Assembly (NCBI GenBank): GCA_051003155.1 | Contig: JBPCLO010000026.1 | Location: forward strand, 1 to 64,000 | Length of the DNA stretch: 64,000 nt | DNA from: Fimbriimonadales bacterium | GTDB lineage: Bacteria; Armatimonadota; Fimbriimonadia; Fimbriimonadales; ATM1 | Direction of reading: 5' to 3' | Part shown: piece by piece, positions 16,914 to 26,709 of the stretch | How positions within the stretch are numbered: the first letter of the stretch is position 1 | How the letters are laid out: each line of letters starts with the position of its first letter | Notes under the pieces: model-generated | Database searches by the model: none | Seen by the model: only the letters and a program-made list of their open reading frames with translations | What the model was told of the DNA's origin: nothing | Position numbers and translations under genes: made by a program

Positions 16914-19337
16914 CTATTCGCAGACCTCGCCTCGAATTGTGAGGCTATCGTTCGCGGGCAGCCGGAAGTCAATCTTGAAGTCACCGTTGTCGATACCGAA
17001 GGTCTTGCCACCGGATGTGAGGCCGCTTCCCCAAAGGCCGCTCACCAAGCACTTCGCCTCCATCGCCTTATCCGCCGGGTTCTTCACTACCACCTCGAAC
17101 CATCGCTTCCGGGCATCCAGCCTGATCGAGACAAAAGTGCCAAAGGACAGCACGAACAACGCTGAGACCTGACGAAGCGCGACCCGCCGTCCAACCCCGT
17201 CCCAAGGATGGATTTCGTGAACGTCGTCGGCAAACTCGTACGTGCATCCGAAGGTTTGAAAGTCACGGCCGCCGGGCAAGACGAAGGCGCCCACGGAACG
17301 GAGGTACTCGTAGAGGCCAAGGCCGATGCTTCCCGATGACGGCGCCGGCCCGTACCGCCTGCTCGCCACGTCCGGACAATAGGATTCGGAAGCCGAGCCG
17401 TCTGCGTTCACTAACGCCCATGGTCCGAGCATGCCTCCGAAGGCCAAACGCAGATACCTTTCGGGGAGTTCGGAATAGTCCCGTCTCAGCATTGTGAAGA
17501 ACAGCCGGGAGTTCGCAACTGTGGGCCAAGCCATACACGCTTCCCCATTGTCGGCGGCTTCCCGCTCGATCCGCTTGTCGCTCCCATACCACCACCAACT
17601 CGGAGCAAGTGACCGAGCCGCATAAGCCCGATGCAGGATCCCCGCCTGGCGACCTTCGTCGTTAATACCGGCGTAGAGGAACGCCTCCGCGAACGGCGAC
17701 GTGTCCGTTGCAGCTTCCACACCCCAAGGAAGCTGGCGGTCCATCAGTATGTCGGCGTAATTTGAAATTCGCTCAAAGAGACGTTTTTGCTCATCGTGCC
17801 GGCCGAGTTCGCCCAGCTCGCTGCATACTTCCATCGAGCCGTCGATCCCAAGCGAGCCGGTTCGACCGGAACCAAATCGCGAAGCCTCGCGGAACATCGC
17901 CTCGGCCGTACCGTAAGCAAATCGCAAGTACTCTTCCGCGGATCGCGCCGCCCCTCCGTAGGTCGAAGCGCTCCTGAACATCGCTAGGTGGAGGTTGAGC
18001 ACGATTGCATGAGCTTGCGGGCTTCCGAAATTGGCGCCCATTCCAGTCTGCCGGTCGACCTCTTGCGCGACTGCCAACGTGCCGGGATTCTGCATTTTCG
18101 CGAAGAGTTCGTCGTCGATAAACGATTCGAGTTTCTCGATTTCCGATGCGACGGGGTAGATCGCGTTCTTTTCAGCCAAGAACAGGTAGTCGGCGAGCTG
18201 TCCCCCACGCTCCGCGATGAAACCTGCTCTCGCCTTGATCAGCGTTTCGATTTCCGGAATGAAGTTTAGGTGAATCGAGCTAGGCAGCTCTCCAAAAGGC
18301 TTGATATCGAGCCTGACCTCTCCGGGCTGGGAAGCTTTCAGAAATGCGAAGCCCCCGGACTCGTCGGAATCCGTCTCCATTTGGGCGCTCTCGCCGCAGT
18401 CGAACTCCACTGGGCCCGGAGCCGCAACCTCGACGCTGGCGCCCACGTTGTAGGGAGCTACCGCGGCCGGAAAGATGCGAATGGCGGGTTTCTTGAGGGC
18501 CACGAGCGCCCTGCTCAGCCGATCCGTCGCTCCCGTGACCGCGGGGGCAAAAAGCGTCTCGGTGACCATTGTCTCACCGGGATTCAAGGTGCGCGAACTG
18601 TGGCCGTTCCTCCAAGCTGGCCAGCCCTCCCTTTCTATGGAGGCGCGGCTGTGGACATACACAATCGGCACGCCCTCCCACAGATGCTCGGAACGCAGAC
18701 TCGATTGCGCGTGATGGTAAAACTCCCACGCAGTTTCCCTGCCCGGACAAATCAATAGCCCCGGGCCGTTGCCCGTCATACGCTGCCCGAAGATGTAGCT
18801 CGCGCCGCCCCCGATGAACTTGTGGATGTACGCGCGGGACGCCCAGAGCCTGGATGTTTCGTCATCACCGGGTCCGAAGCCTTCACAAAAGTTGTTGAGC
18901 GCGAAAGGAAAGCCCAGCTCGCCGATTTCCAGGGATCGAAACGACGCGTTCCGGAGAGAAAGCTCCCAGACGACCACCGGTAAAGGCCCTTTGCGCTCGT
19001 AGAACCTTCCTGTCGCCCTCAGGTCCGGCACCAGCGGCAGATCGTACTCGAACGAAATGGAGGTGAAGTCGTCGTTCTCTTCAATGAGCCGCGCTTCCTC
19101 GTTGCGCGACACAACCCATGGGTCGTCTTTGCCCGTCCGAACGCCGACAAGGAAAGTCCCGGGGAGGTAATCGCTCGAATCCTCGTCGGCAAAGAGCACC
19201 GAGCCGAGACTGAACTGGAACTCTTCTCGCTCGTCCGGCATGTCGGGGTCCGAGACCCAAAGCTGTGCGATGCGGCCGCCGTCGATGAACTCAGCCGAGA
19301 TGAGACTACCGACAAGCTCCGCGAATATGTCAGACAT
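16914..19337 (-). CDS. Large hypothetical protein, DUF5695-like (putative glycoside-hydrolase fold)
   Basis: LEIGELGFPFALNN, FIGGGASYI..RMTGNGPGL, P.DGVGRRV resemble DUF5695 proteins as I recall them; ATG 19337 overlaps the arginase stop. Confidence 0.55.
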   Translation of the reverse strand: MSDIFAELVGSLISAEFIDGGRIAQLWVSDPDMPDEREEFQFSLGSVLFADEDSSDYLPGTFLVGVRTGKDDPWVVSRNEEARLIEENDDFTSISFEYDLPLVPDLRATGRFYERKGPLPVVVWELSLRNASFRSLEIGELGFPFALNNFCEGFGPGDDETSRLWASRAYIHKFIGGGASYIFGQRMTGNGPGLLICPGRETAWEFYHHAQSSLRSEHLWEGVPIVYVHSRASIEREGWPAWRNGHSSRTLNPGETMVTETLFAPAVTGATDRLSRALVALKKPAIRIFPAAVAPYNVGASVEVAAPGPVEFDCGESAQMETDSDESGGFAFLKASQPGEVRLDIKPFGELPSSIHLNFIPEIETLIKARAGFIAERGGQLADYLFLAEKNAIYPVASEIEKLESFIDDELFAKMQNPGTLAVAQEVDRQTGMGANFGSPQAHAIVLNLHLAMFRSASTYGGAARSAEEYLRFAYGTAEAMFREASRFGSGRTGSLGIDGSMEVCSELGELGRHDEQKRLFERISNYADILMDRQLPWGVEAATDTSPFAEAFLYAGINDEGRQAGILHRAYAARSLAPSWWWYGSDKRIEREAADNGEACMAWPTVANSRLFFTMLRRDYSELPERYLRLAFGGMLGPWALVNADGSASESYCPDVASRRYGPAPSSGSIGLGLYEYLRSVGAFVLPGGRDFQTFGCTYEFADDVHEIHPWDGVGRRVALRQVSALFVLSFGTFVSIRLDARKRWFEVVVKNPADKAMEAKCLVSGLWGSGLTSGGKTFGIDNGDFKIDFRLPANDSLTIRGEVCE

Positions 19338-20337
19338 AGATTTCGCGCAGGCTGTCGGCCCACCGAGGAAGTATGCGCTTGCCAAGGAGGGATGCCACCC
19401 ATTCCACACACATATTGGCGGTCGCATTTTGGTGGTCGAGAATTGGGTTCACCTCCGCGATTTTCAATCCGACCAGCTCGAACTGCGCCTTCTGAGTGGA
19501 TAGGACTTCATGGAGCAACTCCGCTAAAAGGTGTGCCTCGCGGTAGTTGATCCCGCCCCTAACTCGCGTTCCCGTCCCCGGCGCGATTAGAGGATCGAGA
19601 ACGTCGGCGTCGAAGCTGACCCAGAGCCTCTCGATCCCAGCTAGACGGAAGTGCTCGATCGCTTGCTCGAGCATCGCGGGGATTCCGTATCGGTCGATCT
19701 CGTGCATGCTGATGCCTTGGCGAGCGCTTCCCTGCCCTATTTTTTCTGCTTCGCCTGCATCCACGTCGCGAAGCCCGAACCAGACGATCGATTCCGAACT
19801 CAGAAACCTGTTACTCGGGGCGATCGCGTCGAGGAGCCGCCCCCACTGCTCCTCCTTTGGCTCCTCACATGGCCCGCAGGGCAATCCACACACTGCCGCC
19901 AGCGCCATCCCATGGAGGTTGCCGCTGGGCGAAGTGTCGGGCGTATTGAAATCTGCGTGAGCGTCGATCCACAGGACGCCGAGGGGCGAATCGCCGCTTT
20001 CGATCGCCGCCGGGATGGTAGCCATCTCGATGCTGTGATCACCGCCCAGGATCATCGGGATCGACTTCGAACCCATGGCGCTCGCCACAGCTTTTCGAAC
20101 TTCGACAAGGTTTGCGAGGACCTCTTCAAAATAGCCCAACCCGGGCCCCCGGTCTGCTGTCGGCAAAGATTGGAGAGCCTCTATGTCACCGCCGTCGAAC
20201 ACGTCACGCACGAAAGGCTGCGTTTGCTCGACGATTCCCGCCAATCGTAGCGCGTCAGGTCCGAGATTCGCGCCCTTTCGGCGGCCCCCGAGGCCGAGCG
20301 GAACGCCGATAATCCGGACGTGGTGCTCAGAAAACAT
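19330..20337 (-). CDS. rocF: Arginase
   Basis: GGDHS, WIDAHADFNTP.TSPSGNLHGM, SFDADVLDP..APGTGT, EVNP. Confidence 0.93.
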   Translation of the reverse strand: MFSEHHVRIIGVPLGLGGRRKGANLGPDALRLAGIVEQTQPFVRDVFDGGDIEALQSLPTADRGPGLGYFEEVLANLVEVRKAVASAMGSKSIPMILGGDHSIEMATIPAAIESGDSPLGVLWIDAHADFNTPDTSPSGNLHGMALAAVCGLPCGPCEEPKEEQWGRLLDAIAPSNRFLSSESIVWFGLRDVDAGEAEKIGQGSARQGISMHEIDRYGIPAMLEQAIEHFRLAGIERLWVSFDADVLDPLIAPGTGTRVRGGINYREAHLLAELLHEVLSTQKAQFELVGLKIAEVNPILDHQNATANMCVEWVASLLGKRILPRWADSLREIYV

Positions 20338-20373
20338 ATGCCGGATTGTACCGGTATCATCTAAGGTTCACCC

Positions 20374-22023
20374 GTGATTAGAACAGACTTGACGAAGAGG
20401 TTGGCGGAAGCAGTCGCTCGCCTTCGGGCCCACGGCAAGCTGGACTGTGCCTTTACCATCGCTCCCGAGCTCTCGGAACCTCGCAGTCCGGAGCACGGCG
20501 ATTTCGCAACCAACTACGGGCTCGTTGCCTCCAAAGAGGCCGGCGTGCCCGCCCCGGTGTTGGGAGCGATGCTCGCTGATGAACTCCGAAGCGATGCTGC
20601 GTTCTCAAGCGCCGAAACCGCGGGCCCGGGATTTGTGAATCTTCGACTTGCCGACGAATACCTGACGGAGTGGGCAAAGAGGGCCGGCGGCGATCACCCA
20701 ATCGGACGGCCCGAGCAGCCACACCCCCAGAAGATCCTAATCGAGTTTGTAAGCGTAAACCCAAACGGCCCAATTCATCTGGGTCACGGAAGGGGCGCCG
20801 CATTCGGAGACACGCTGGCGCGCGTTTTGCAGGCTGCCGGCAACGACGTCTCGCGCGAATACTACGTGAACGACGGCGTCAATTCTACACAGATGCAGCT
20901 CTTCGGCCTGAGTGTCAAGGCGCTCTACCGGAAAGCGCTCGGCTTACCCTTCGAGTTTCCCGAGGGCGGATATAAGGGCGAAGATGTAGCGGACCTCGCT
21001 GCATCGATTAAGGAAGAGTACGGTGAGGGCCATCCGGAGGATGGGCTCGATTTCTGGCAGCCTTCCAGCCAAGAGCTGATGCTGGAGCGGCAACGGGCGG
21101 ACCTGGAACGGTTCGGGGTGACCTTCGACCGATGGTTTCGTGAACAGAGCCTGCACGAGAGCAACGAGGTTCAAGAGGCGATCGATGCCCTCACCAAACA
21201 GGGCCACGTTTATGATCAGGACGGCGCACTGTTTCTCAAGAGCACCGACTTCGGCGATGATAAGGATCGGTGCGTCGTCAGAAGCACGGGCGAGCCGACC
21301 TATATCGCCAGTGACATCGCCTATCACAAGGATAAGTTCGACCGGGGCTTCGATTACCTCATCAATATTTGGGGCCCCGACCACCATGGCTACGTGGGCA
21401 GGACCCAGGCCGCGATTCAGGCGCTTGGGTACCCGAAGGCAAGGTTGGAGCTTATCATCACGCAAATCGTCCGGTTCATCCAGAACGGCGCGCCTGCTCC
21501 TATGAAGAAGCGAAACGGCGAGTACTACAGATTGTCAGACCTGATGGACGAGCTGGGGGTCGACGTGGTCAGGTTCTTCTATCTGATGCGATCGCACGAT
21601 ACGCACATGGATTTCGACATTGACCTGGCTCGCGAGCACAGCGACAAGAACCCGGTGTTCTACGTTCAATACGCGCATGCACGCTTGTCGTCACTGATCA
21701 ATAAAGCCGCCGAGCAGGGGCTCGTTCCGGATGAGACGCACATGGGGCTGCTCACGTCCGAAGCAGAGAGAAACCTGATAAAGAAGATCTGGGACCTGCC
21801 ACATGAAATTGTGAGATGCGCGGAGGACAGGGGCGTTCACAGGCTAACGACTTACTGCACGGAGTTGGCCCGGGATTATCATAATTTTTACGATAAGTGC
21901 CCGGTCATCAGGGCCGAATCAAAAGAGCTCGCAGGCGCACGATTGGCACTTTGCGGGGCCACTCGAAAGACCCTGCGTGAGACGTTTGCTCTACTGGGCA
22001 TCTCAGCGCCCGAGTCTATGTGA
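20374..22023 (+). CDS. argS: Arginine--tRNA ligase
   Basis: HGDFATN, GPGFVN, EFVSVNPNGPIHLGHGRG, YYVND, NPVFYVQYAHAR, LLGISAPESM. Confidence 0.97.
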   Translation: MIRTDLTKRLAEAVARLRAHGKLDCAFTIAPELSEPRSPEHGDFATNYGLVASKEAGVPAPVLGAMLADELRSDAAFSSAETAGPGFVNLRLADEYLTEWAKRAGGDHPIGRPEQPHPQKILIEFVSVNPNGPIHLGHGRGAAFGDTLARVLQAAGNDVSREYYVNDGVNSTQMQLFGLSVKALYRKALGLPFEFPEGGYKGEDVADLAASIKEEYGEGHPEDGLDFWQPSSQELMLERQRADLERFGVTFDRWFREQSLHESNEVQEAIDALTKQGHVYDQDGALFLKSTDFGDDKDRCVVRSTGEPTYIASDIAYHKDKFDRGFDYLINIWGPDHHGYVGRTQAAIQALGYPKARLELIITQIVRFIQNGAPAPMKKRNGEYYRLSDLMDELGVDVVRFFYLMRSHDTHMDFDIDLAREHSDKNPVFYVQYAHARLSSLINKAAEQGLVPDETHMGLLTSEAERNLIKKIWDLPHEIVRCAEDRGVHRLTTYCTELARDYHNFYDKCPVIRAESKELAGARLALCGATRKTLRETFALLGISAPESM

Positions 22024-22045
22024 CGGTATAATCCGCGAGGCCATC

Positions 22046-22345
22046 ATGCGAATTAAGAACAGAGAAATCCGTCGACGTCGCCACCGCAAGGAAGAGGCAA
22101 TTAAAAGTGCCATAAAGGAGGCGATCGCCGCAGCCAAGAAGGCGCCTGCCAAGAGCGCCGCGACCGTCGAACCTAAGCCCGCTCCCAAGAAGAAGGTCGA
22201 AGCTAAGTCGGCTCCCAAGAAGAAAACTGCTGAGACTGCAGAGAAGCCAGTGAAGAAGGCAGCCCCTAAGAAGACCACCAAGAAAACCGAGCCCAAGGGA
22301 ACAGCCCCGGCCGAAGCCGAGGCTGCAACCGAACCCTCCGAGTAG
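22046..22345 (+). CDS. Small Lys/Ala/Pro-rich basic (histone H1-like tail) protein
   Basis: MRIKNREIRRRRHRKE followed by repeated APKKK/KKAAPKK; TATAAT at 22027 and GAGG upstream. Confidence 0.75.
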   Translation: MRIKNREIRRRRHRKEEAIKSAIKEAIAAAKKAPAKSAATVEPKPAPKKKVEAKSAPKKKTAETAEKPVKKAAPKKTTKKTEPKGTAPAEAEAATEPSE

Positions 22346-22351
22346 CCGAAA

Positions 22352-23998
22352 CTATTCGAAGTCCAAGCCGCCGTCCGAGCCTGCTCCCTGCGGCGGTCTC
22401 GATTTCTTTGCCTCTTTGCCGATAACCCGGATCAGCTCCGGAATGTCGATCGGAATCAGCATTTGCATCCGGGAAGCGGCGCCGTCCCACTTCGCGGTTA
22501 TTGTCAGCGAGCGGGAGGAGAGAACCTGCTTCAGATCCATGTCCTTCGGCGCCTGTCCCATCCGAGTGAGCATGTCGACCAGCCCATACAAGTCGAGCTG
22601 GAGTTGGAACTGCGAGGGATCGTCTTGGGTAAAGGTCTTCAACCCTTCTGAGTCCGGAAGCGAAGACGAGGGTCGGGTTGCCTTCTCCAAGAGCTGCGGT
22701 TGGGTGAACAGCATCGCTTGTTCTCCTGACACGCCCAGGAATGCCTGGTCCTGTCCGTTACTCGGGATGTATACCGAAATGTCCCCTCGCTGCTCTTCGG
22801 TGAATCGAACCTTCTCCCTTGAATCGAATTCGCCCGCGTTGGCCTTTTCGATTAGCTTCTTCACGAGAGCGGTGGCTGTCCCACCGTTGCCGTTGTCAAC
22901 TGAAACGATAACGCCCGGCTCCTTTGCATCGCCGCTCGGTGGATAGAGGGCCACGTAGACCTCGCCTCTCAGCGCAGGCATCCAGTCCTTTTCGAAGGAG
23001 GTGCCGGTCTCCTTCTCCATCTCGGCGATTCCCTTCTGCATCTCGGGCGCATCTTCCGGCATGGCGCTCGTCACCTTCTCGAACATTTCGACAAGGCCGC
23101 CCGGATTGCTCAATCCTGCAATACCTATCGCGCCGGCCGGGAGCCTGCCCAGGGACGAGTAGCCGAGCGGTTTCATTGTCGACATGATCTTCCCGAACTC
23201 ACCGTGGGCCTGCATTGGTTGGAAGCCGTCGATCTGGACTCCTTCATCCCGGAGCGTGACTCCCCCGGCCATCCAGCCATACTCAGTTACACCCATCGAT
23301 GCATAAAGTCTCTTAATCTTAGGATCTGCTTTCGCAATCGCCTGCCCGTTGATAAAGTACATCAGGCTGGCATCGGAAGGAAGCGCTTCTCGGGCACGGT
23401 GGAATTCGGGGTCATCCTTAAGATTCGGGCTCTCACCCTTCGCTACTGAAATCGCTCGGCCCGCGGTGGCCGCGCTTGTGGCGAAGATCGCGTAGTCTTC
23501 GTGAAAACTGATGACCATCGGGGCCTCTTTGGGCTTGTACACCTTAAGTCCAGCTTCGACGGTCAAGGGGGCGAGCTTCGAGACAATTGTTTCTGCGCCG
23601 GCCGGGTCGATCAAAGCCACAGCCACCATCATATCGGGCTTCTCGCTCTGGATGGCGCCCCAAAGCCCCATGGCGAAACTGCCGCGGACGTGAGATCGCA
23701 GCTGCTTGAAAGCTCCCGTCTTTGGATCCAGCTCGTTGAGGAAATCGTCGACATAGTCGCTCATACCGCTGTCTTGCATCGCGGCCTTGATCTCATTAAA
23801 GAGGCGGACCTGTGATGCGGAAGGCGTGTTGTCGAAAGTGACTGCGACGACAGCGTCTGCGGGGATCATGCCGGTGGCTGCCTCACCACTGCGAGCCAGC
23901 AGGCTTATAACGCCCACCGTGCCGACACCGACCGCTCCCACTGCGAGCAGCGGAATCAATATCTTCGGCGCAAATACGCCACGCATTCGAATCTTCAT
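22352..23998 (-). CDS. Membrane-anchored DUF3352-like protein
   Basis: GGAGG RBS, N-terminal TM helix, IPADA, L.DDPEF..A...LP, DWMPALRGEV pattern. Confidence 0.6.
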   Translation of the reverse strand: MKIRMRGVFAPKILIPLLAVGAVGVGTVGVISLLARSGEAATGMIPADAVVAVTFDNTPSASQVRLFNEIKAAMQDSGMSDYVDDFLNELDPKTGAFKQLRSHVRGSFAMGLWGAIQSEKPDMMVAVALIDPAGAETIVSKLAPLTVEAGLKVYKPKEAPMVISFHEDYAIFATSAATAGRAISVAKGESPNLKDDPEFHRAREALPSDASLMYFINGQAIAKADPKIKRLYASMGVTEYGWMAGGVTLRDEGVQIDGFQPMQAHGEFGKIMSTMKPLGYSSLGRLPAGAIGIAGLSNPGGLVEMFEKVTSAMPEDAPEMQKGIAEMEKETGTSFEKDWMPALRGEVYVALYPPSGDAKEPGVIVSVDNGNGGTATALVKKLIEKANAGEFDSREKVRFTEEQRGDISVYIPSNGQDQAFLGVSGEQAMLFTQPQLLEKATRPSSSLPDSEGLKTFTQDDPSQFQLQLDLYGLVDMLTRMGQAPKDMDLKQVLSSRSLTITAKWDGAASRMQMLIPIDIPELIRVIGKEAKKSRPPQGAGSDGGLDFE

Positions 23999-24009
23999 CT
24001 TAATCCCTC

Positions 24010-25539
24010 CTATATTGAAGTTACATCATTTGCAGGCGACTCGGTTGTGGCCGTGGGGCTTTTGGCCCAGAATGGCCGTAGTAATCTAGTATCATCCTGA
24101 GGTTCCGCCTTTTGGCGAGAAAGCCTGCTGCGGAGCCGGCCGAACAGGCGCTTGGAGAGTTCGGTCTGAAACAGGTTCTCAGGGTCCAACCTGCGCTTTA
24201 GGCCGAGAAACTGCTGGACCGTCCCCTCCCCTAGAAACTCTCGAACCGCTTCGGGTCTGAGCGTACTGTCCTTGGCAAAGTAGAACCGGCCACCAGCATT
24301 CAGAACGATCTCGTCCATGGCATGGCAAAGGTCCCACAGCGATTCTCGCGAACGGCCGATCGGGTAGTCCAACGCCAGCGAATAGCCATCGACCGCGTGG
24401 CTGAGAAGAAACGGATCGGCTCGGTGCCTCTTCATGACACCCAGATAAGGTGGATGCCGCCGATCGCGAGACAGGGTCGTGATCTCGTCGAACACTCGCC
24501 TTGCGTTCTCCTTCGGGACGAAAGGCTGGTACTGAATTAGCCCGCCTGGTTTGTACGCCCACTTCCAGTTGGGAGCGGAGTCGAGTAGAAAATTGAACTC
24601 GGCCACTGGCTGCATCTTCCGAATTTCGTGCTCTCGCTTCCCGGCCTTGAACTTTGCGGCATTGATGAGTGCCATACGGCGGGCGCTCATGAAGCGGCGA
24701 ATAACCTTATACATTTGAGACCGTGGCAGCCAGCCCACGACTGTATCCGAAGGCTCTTGGGCCCTCAAGTTCAAGGACTCCTCGGGGTGGGGGTCATCTC
24801 CTTGTTTTCTATAGTTTGCCGCGTGAATCAGCCCGCGCCCCGCCCCGCGTCCTGCCTTCAAGCAGTCGATCCAACCAACGATGTAATCGGCTTGGCGGTT
24901 GGCATCGAACGTTGCGAAAGCCTCGTGCCAGTCTGCCACCGAGAACGCCTGGACCTCGAGGAGACCGGAAAATATCCGCACTAATTGAAGCTCGACGGCC
25001 GTTACGACGCCGAGAAGCCCGAATCCCCCTATGCCTGCGTAGAAGATCTCCGAGTTCTCCGATCGCGAGCAAGTTCGTGTCTCACCGGAGGCGAGCAGGA
25101 TATCGAAACGCTTTACGTGGTCGCCGATTGGACCCGCGTGATAGTTGTTCTTGCCATGGATGTTTGCGCTCAAGGCACCTCCTACGGTGACATGGCTGGT
25201 CCCACTGACGACCGGAGGCCACCAGCCGTCGTCGATCACGTGCCGCCAGAGGTCACGAATTGTGAGCCCGGCCTCGCACCGCATAACGCCGGTATGAGGG
25301 TCGAATGAAAGAATCCTGTTCATTCGGGAGAGATCGAGAAGCACACCCTCCGCATTCTGAAAGGCGTCTCCATAGCTGTTTCCTCCACCCATTACACCGA
25401 CGGGCAACCCGTAGGAGCGCGCCGTCTCGAGGACATCTAAAATTCCTGAGAACGTCGTCGGCCGATACAGATACGATACGCTGGCGGACGACATGCCCCA
25501 TGCTTCGATACGCTCGAGTCTCTCGGCGGGCGGGTTCAA
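24010..25539 (-). CDS. FAD-binding oxidoreductase, DprE1-like
   Basis: GGGNSYGDA, PPVVSGTSHVTVGGA..NIHGKN, GGFGLLGVV, QYQ, GYSLALD, GGRFYFAKDS; TTG start overlaps the SDR stop. Confidence 0.85.
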   Translation of the reverse strand: MNPPAERLERIEAWGMSSASVSYLYRPTTFSGILDVLETARSYGLPVGVMGGGNSYGDAFQNAEGVLLDLSRMNRILSFDPHTGVMRCEAGLTIRDLWRHVIDDGWWPPVVSGTSHVTVGGALSANIHGKNNYHAGPIGDHVKRFDILLASGETRTCSRSENSEIFYAGIGGFGLLGVVTAVELQLVRIFSGLLEVQAFSVADWHEAFATFDANRQADYIVGWIDCLKAGRGAGRGLIHAANYRKQGDDPHPEESLNLRAQEPSDTVVGWLPRSQMYKVIRRFMSARRMALINAAKFKAGKREHEIRKMQPVAEFNFLLDSAPNWKWAYKPGGLIQYQPFVPKENARRVFDEITTLSRDRRHPPYLGVMKRHRADPFLLSHAVDGYSLALDYPIGRSRESLWDLCHAMDEIVLNAGGRFYFAKDSTLRPEAVREFLGEGTVQQFLGLKRRLDPENLFQTELSKRLFGRLRSRLSRQKAEPQDDTRLLRPFWAKSPTATTESPANDVTSI

Positions 25540-26285
25540 ACCTTGAGTCTCCGAAAAATGGGAGACGGGATCATGCGCAGTATTCGCGAAGCTAACCACC
25601 ACTTGCCTGGGACGTAAAAAGTCCGTCCGAACCTGCGTGCCCCCCTAAGGATAAGCTGCGCCGCGCGTTCCGGGGAGATGGATCCATGGACCGCGCCGAG
25701 GCGTTCGGTCATCGGCGTGCGGACCGGACCAGGCTTGACTGTAACCACGGACACGTGGTGATTGCCCAGCCGGTTGCGCAATGACTCCAAATAAGCATCG
25801 AGGCCCGCCTTACTCGCGCCGTATGCCGGATTGCCGCGTCGGCCACGATCGCCCGATGGCGAGCTAATGCCGATAATGGTGCCCGCTTGCGCCCGTTCGA
25901 ACCTCTTCGCTGCCGCGTTCAGCCATGCGATAGCACCAACTAAGTTCGTGTCGAGGATCGCCTTGTCTTTCTCAGTGTCGTATTCAGTCGGGTCGATCTT
26001 CGGCATGACGCCTGCGGCGTACACGACAAGGTCCACTCCGTCTAAGTCTCGGACTATCTGAGCAAACAATGGCTCTGCTTCACTCGGTTTTGTCACGTCG
26101 TTCTCGTAGACCTGTACGATGTTCGCGGATTCGACATTCAGTTCGTCGGCTATCTTCTGCAGGCGGTCGTACCGCCTGGCTACAAGTCCGACGCGGCAAC
26201 CCTGCGCAGCGAGTTCCCGCGCGATGGCCTCGCCGATCCCGCTCGAACCGCCGATAATGATCGCCCGATTCCATGAAGAATCCAT
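25536..26285 (-). CDS. Short-chain dehydrogenase, DprE2-like
   Basis: IGGSSGIG, GDRGRRGNPAYGASKAG, VKPGPVRTPMT. Confidence 0.88.
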   Translation of the reverse strand: MDSSWNRAIIIGGSSGIGEAIARELAAQGCRVGLVARRYDRLQKIADELNVESANIVQVYENDVTKPSEAEPLFAQIVRDLDGVDLVVYAAGVMPKIDPTEYDTEKDKAILDTNLVGAIAWLNAAAKRFERAQAGTIIGISSPSGDRGRRGNPAYGASKAGLDAYLESLRNRLGNHHVSVVTVKPGPVRTPMTERLGAVHGSISPERAAQLILRGARRFGRTFYVPGKWWLASRILRMIPSPIFRRLKV

Positions 26286-26463
26286 GCTGTGAACTTGTAC
26301 CTGATCCGCCGCAAGGTGTTTTTGGCCGCGGCGCTGCCGCCATTGCCCAAAAAAAGCGACAAAAAAGAACTTAATCAGGTGATTGCCAGTACAATTACGA
26401 CTCAAAGGGGTCACGATTTAGGCGCGAGACTCCAATTATTAAAGAGAATTAACCGTTTACGCC

Positions 26464-26709
26464 ATGACAGACAACAGTCCCGACCCGCTGCGCCCGCTTA
26501 CTTGCGAACAAGCATGTTACGACATGCATTCGTTTGTAGAGGACGAACTCACCTACGAGGAGTCGAACAAGATGATCGAGCACTTGGACGCCTGCGAGGC
26601 ATGCGCACACGTGTTGCGGGAGCACGAGCAGCTCCGAGCGGCCTTGCGCGGTGTTCCATGGGAGTCGCTAGCTGGCCATGAGCCGCCTTATCTCTTCCGT
26701 CGAGATTAG
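26464..26709 (+). CDS. Small zf-HC2 (anti-sigma-type zinc finger) protein
   Basis: LTCEQA..FVEDEL......MIEHLDACEAC (Hx3Cx2C). Confidence 0.75.
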   Translation: MTDNSPDPLRPLTCEQACYDMHSFVEDELTYEESNKMIEHLDACEACAHVLREHEQLRAALRGVPWESLAGHEPPYLFRRD

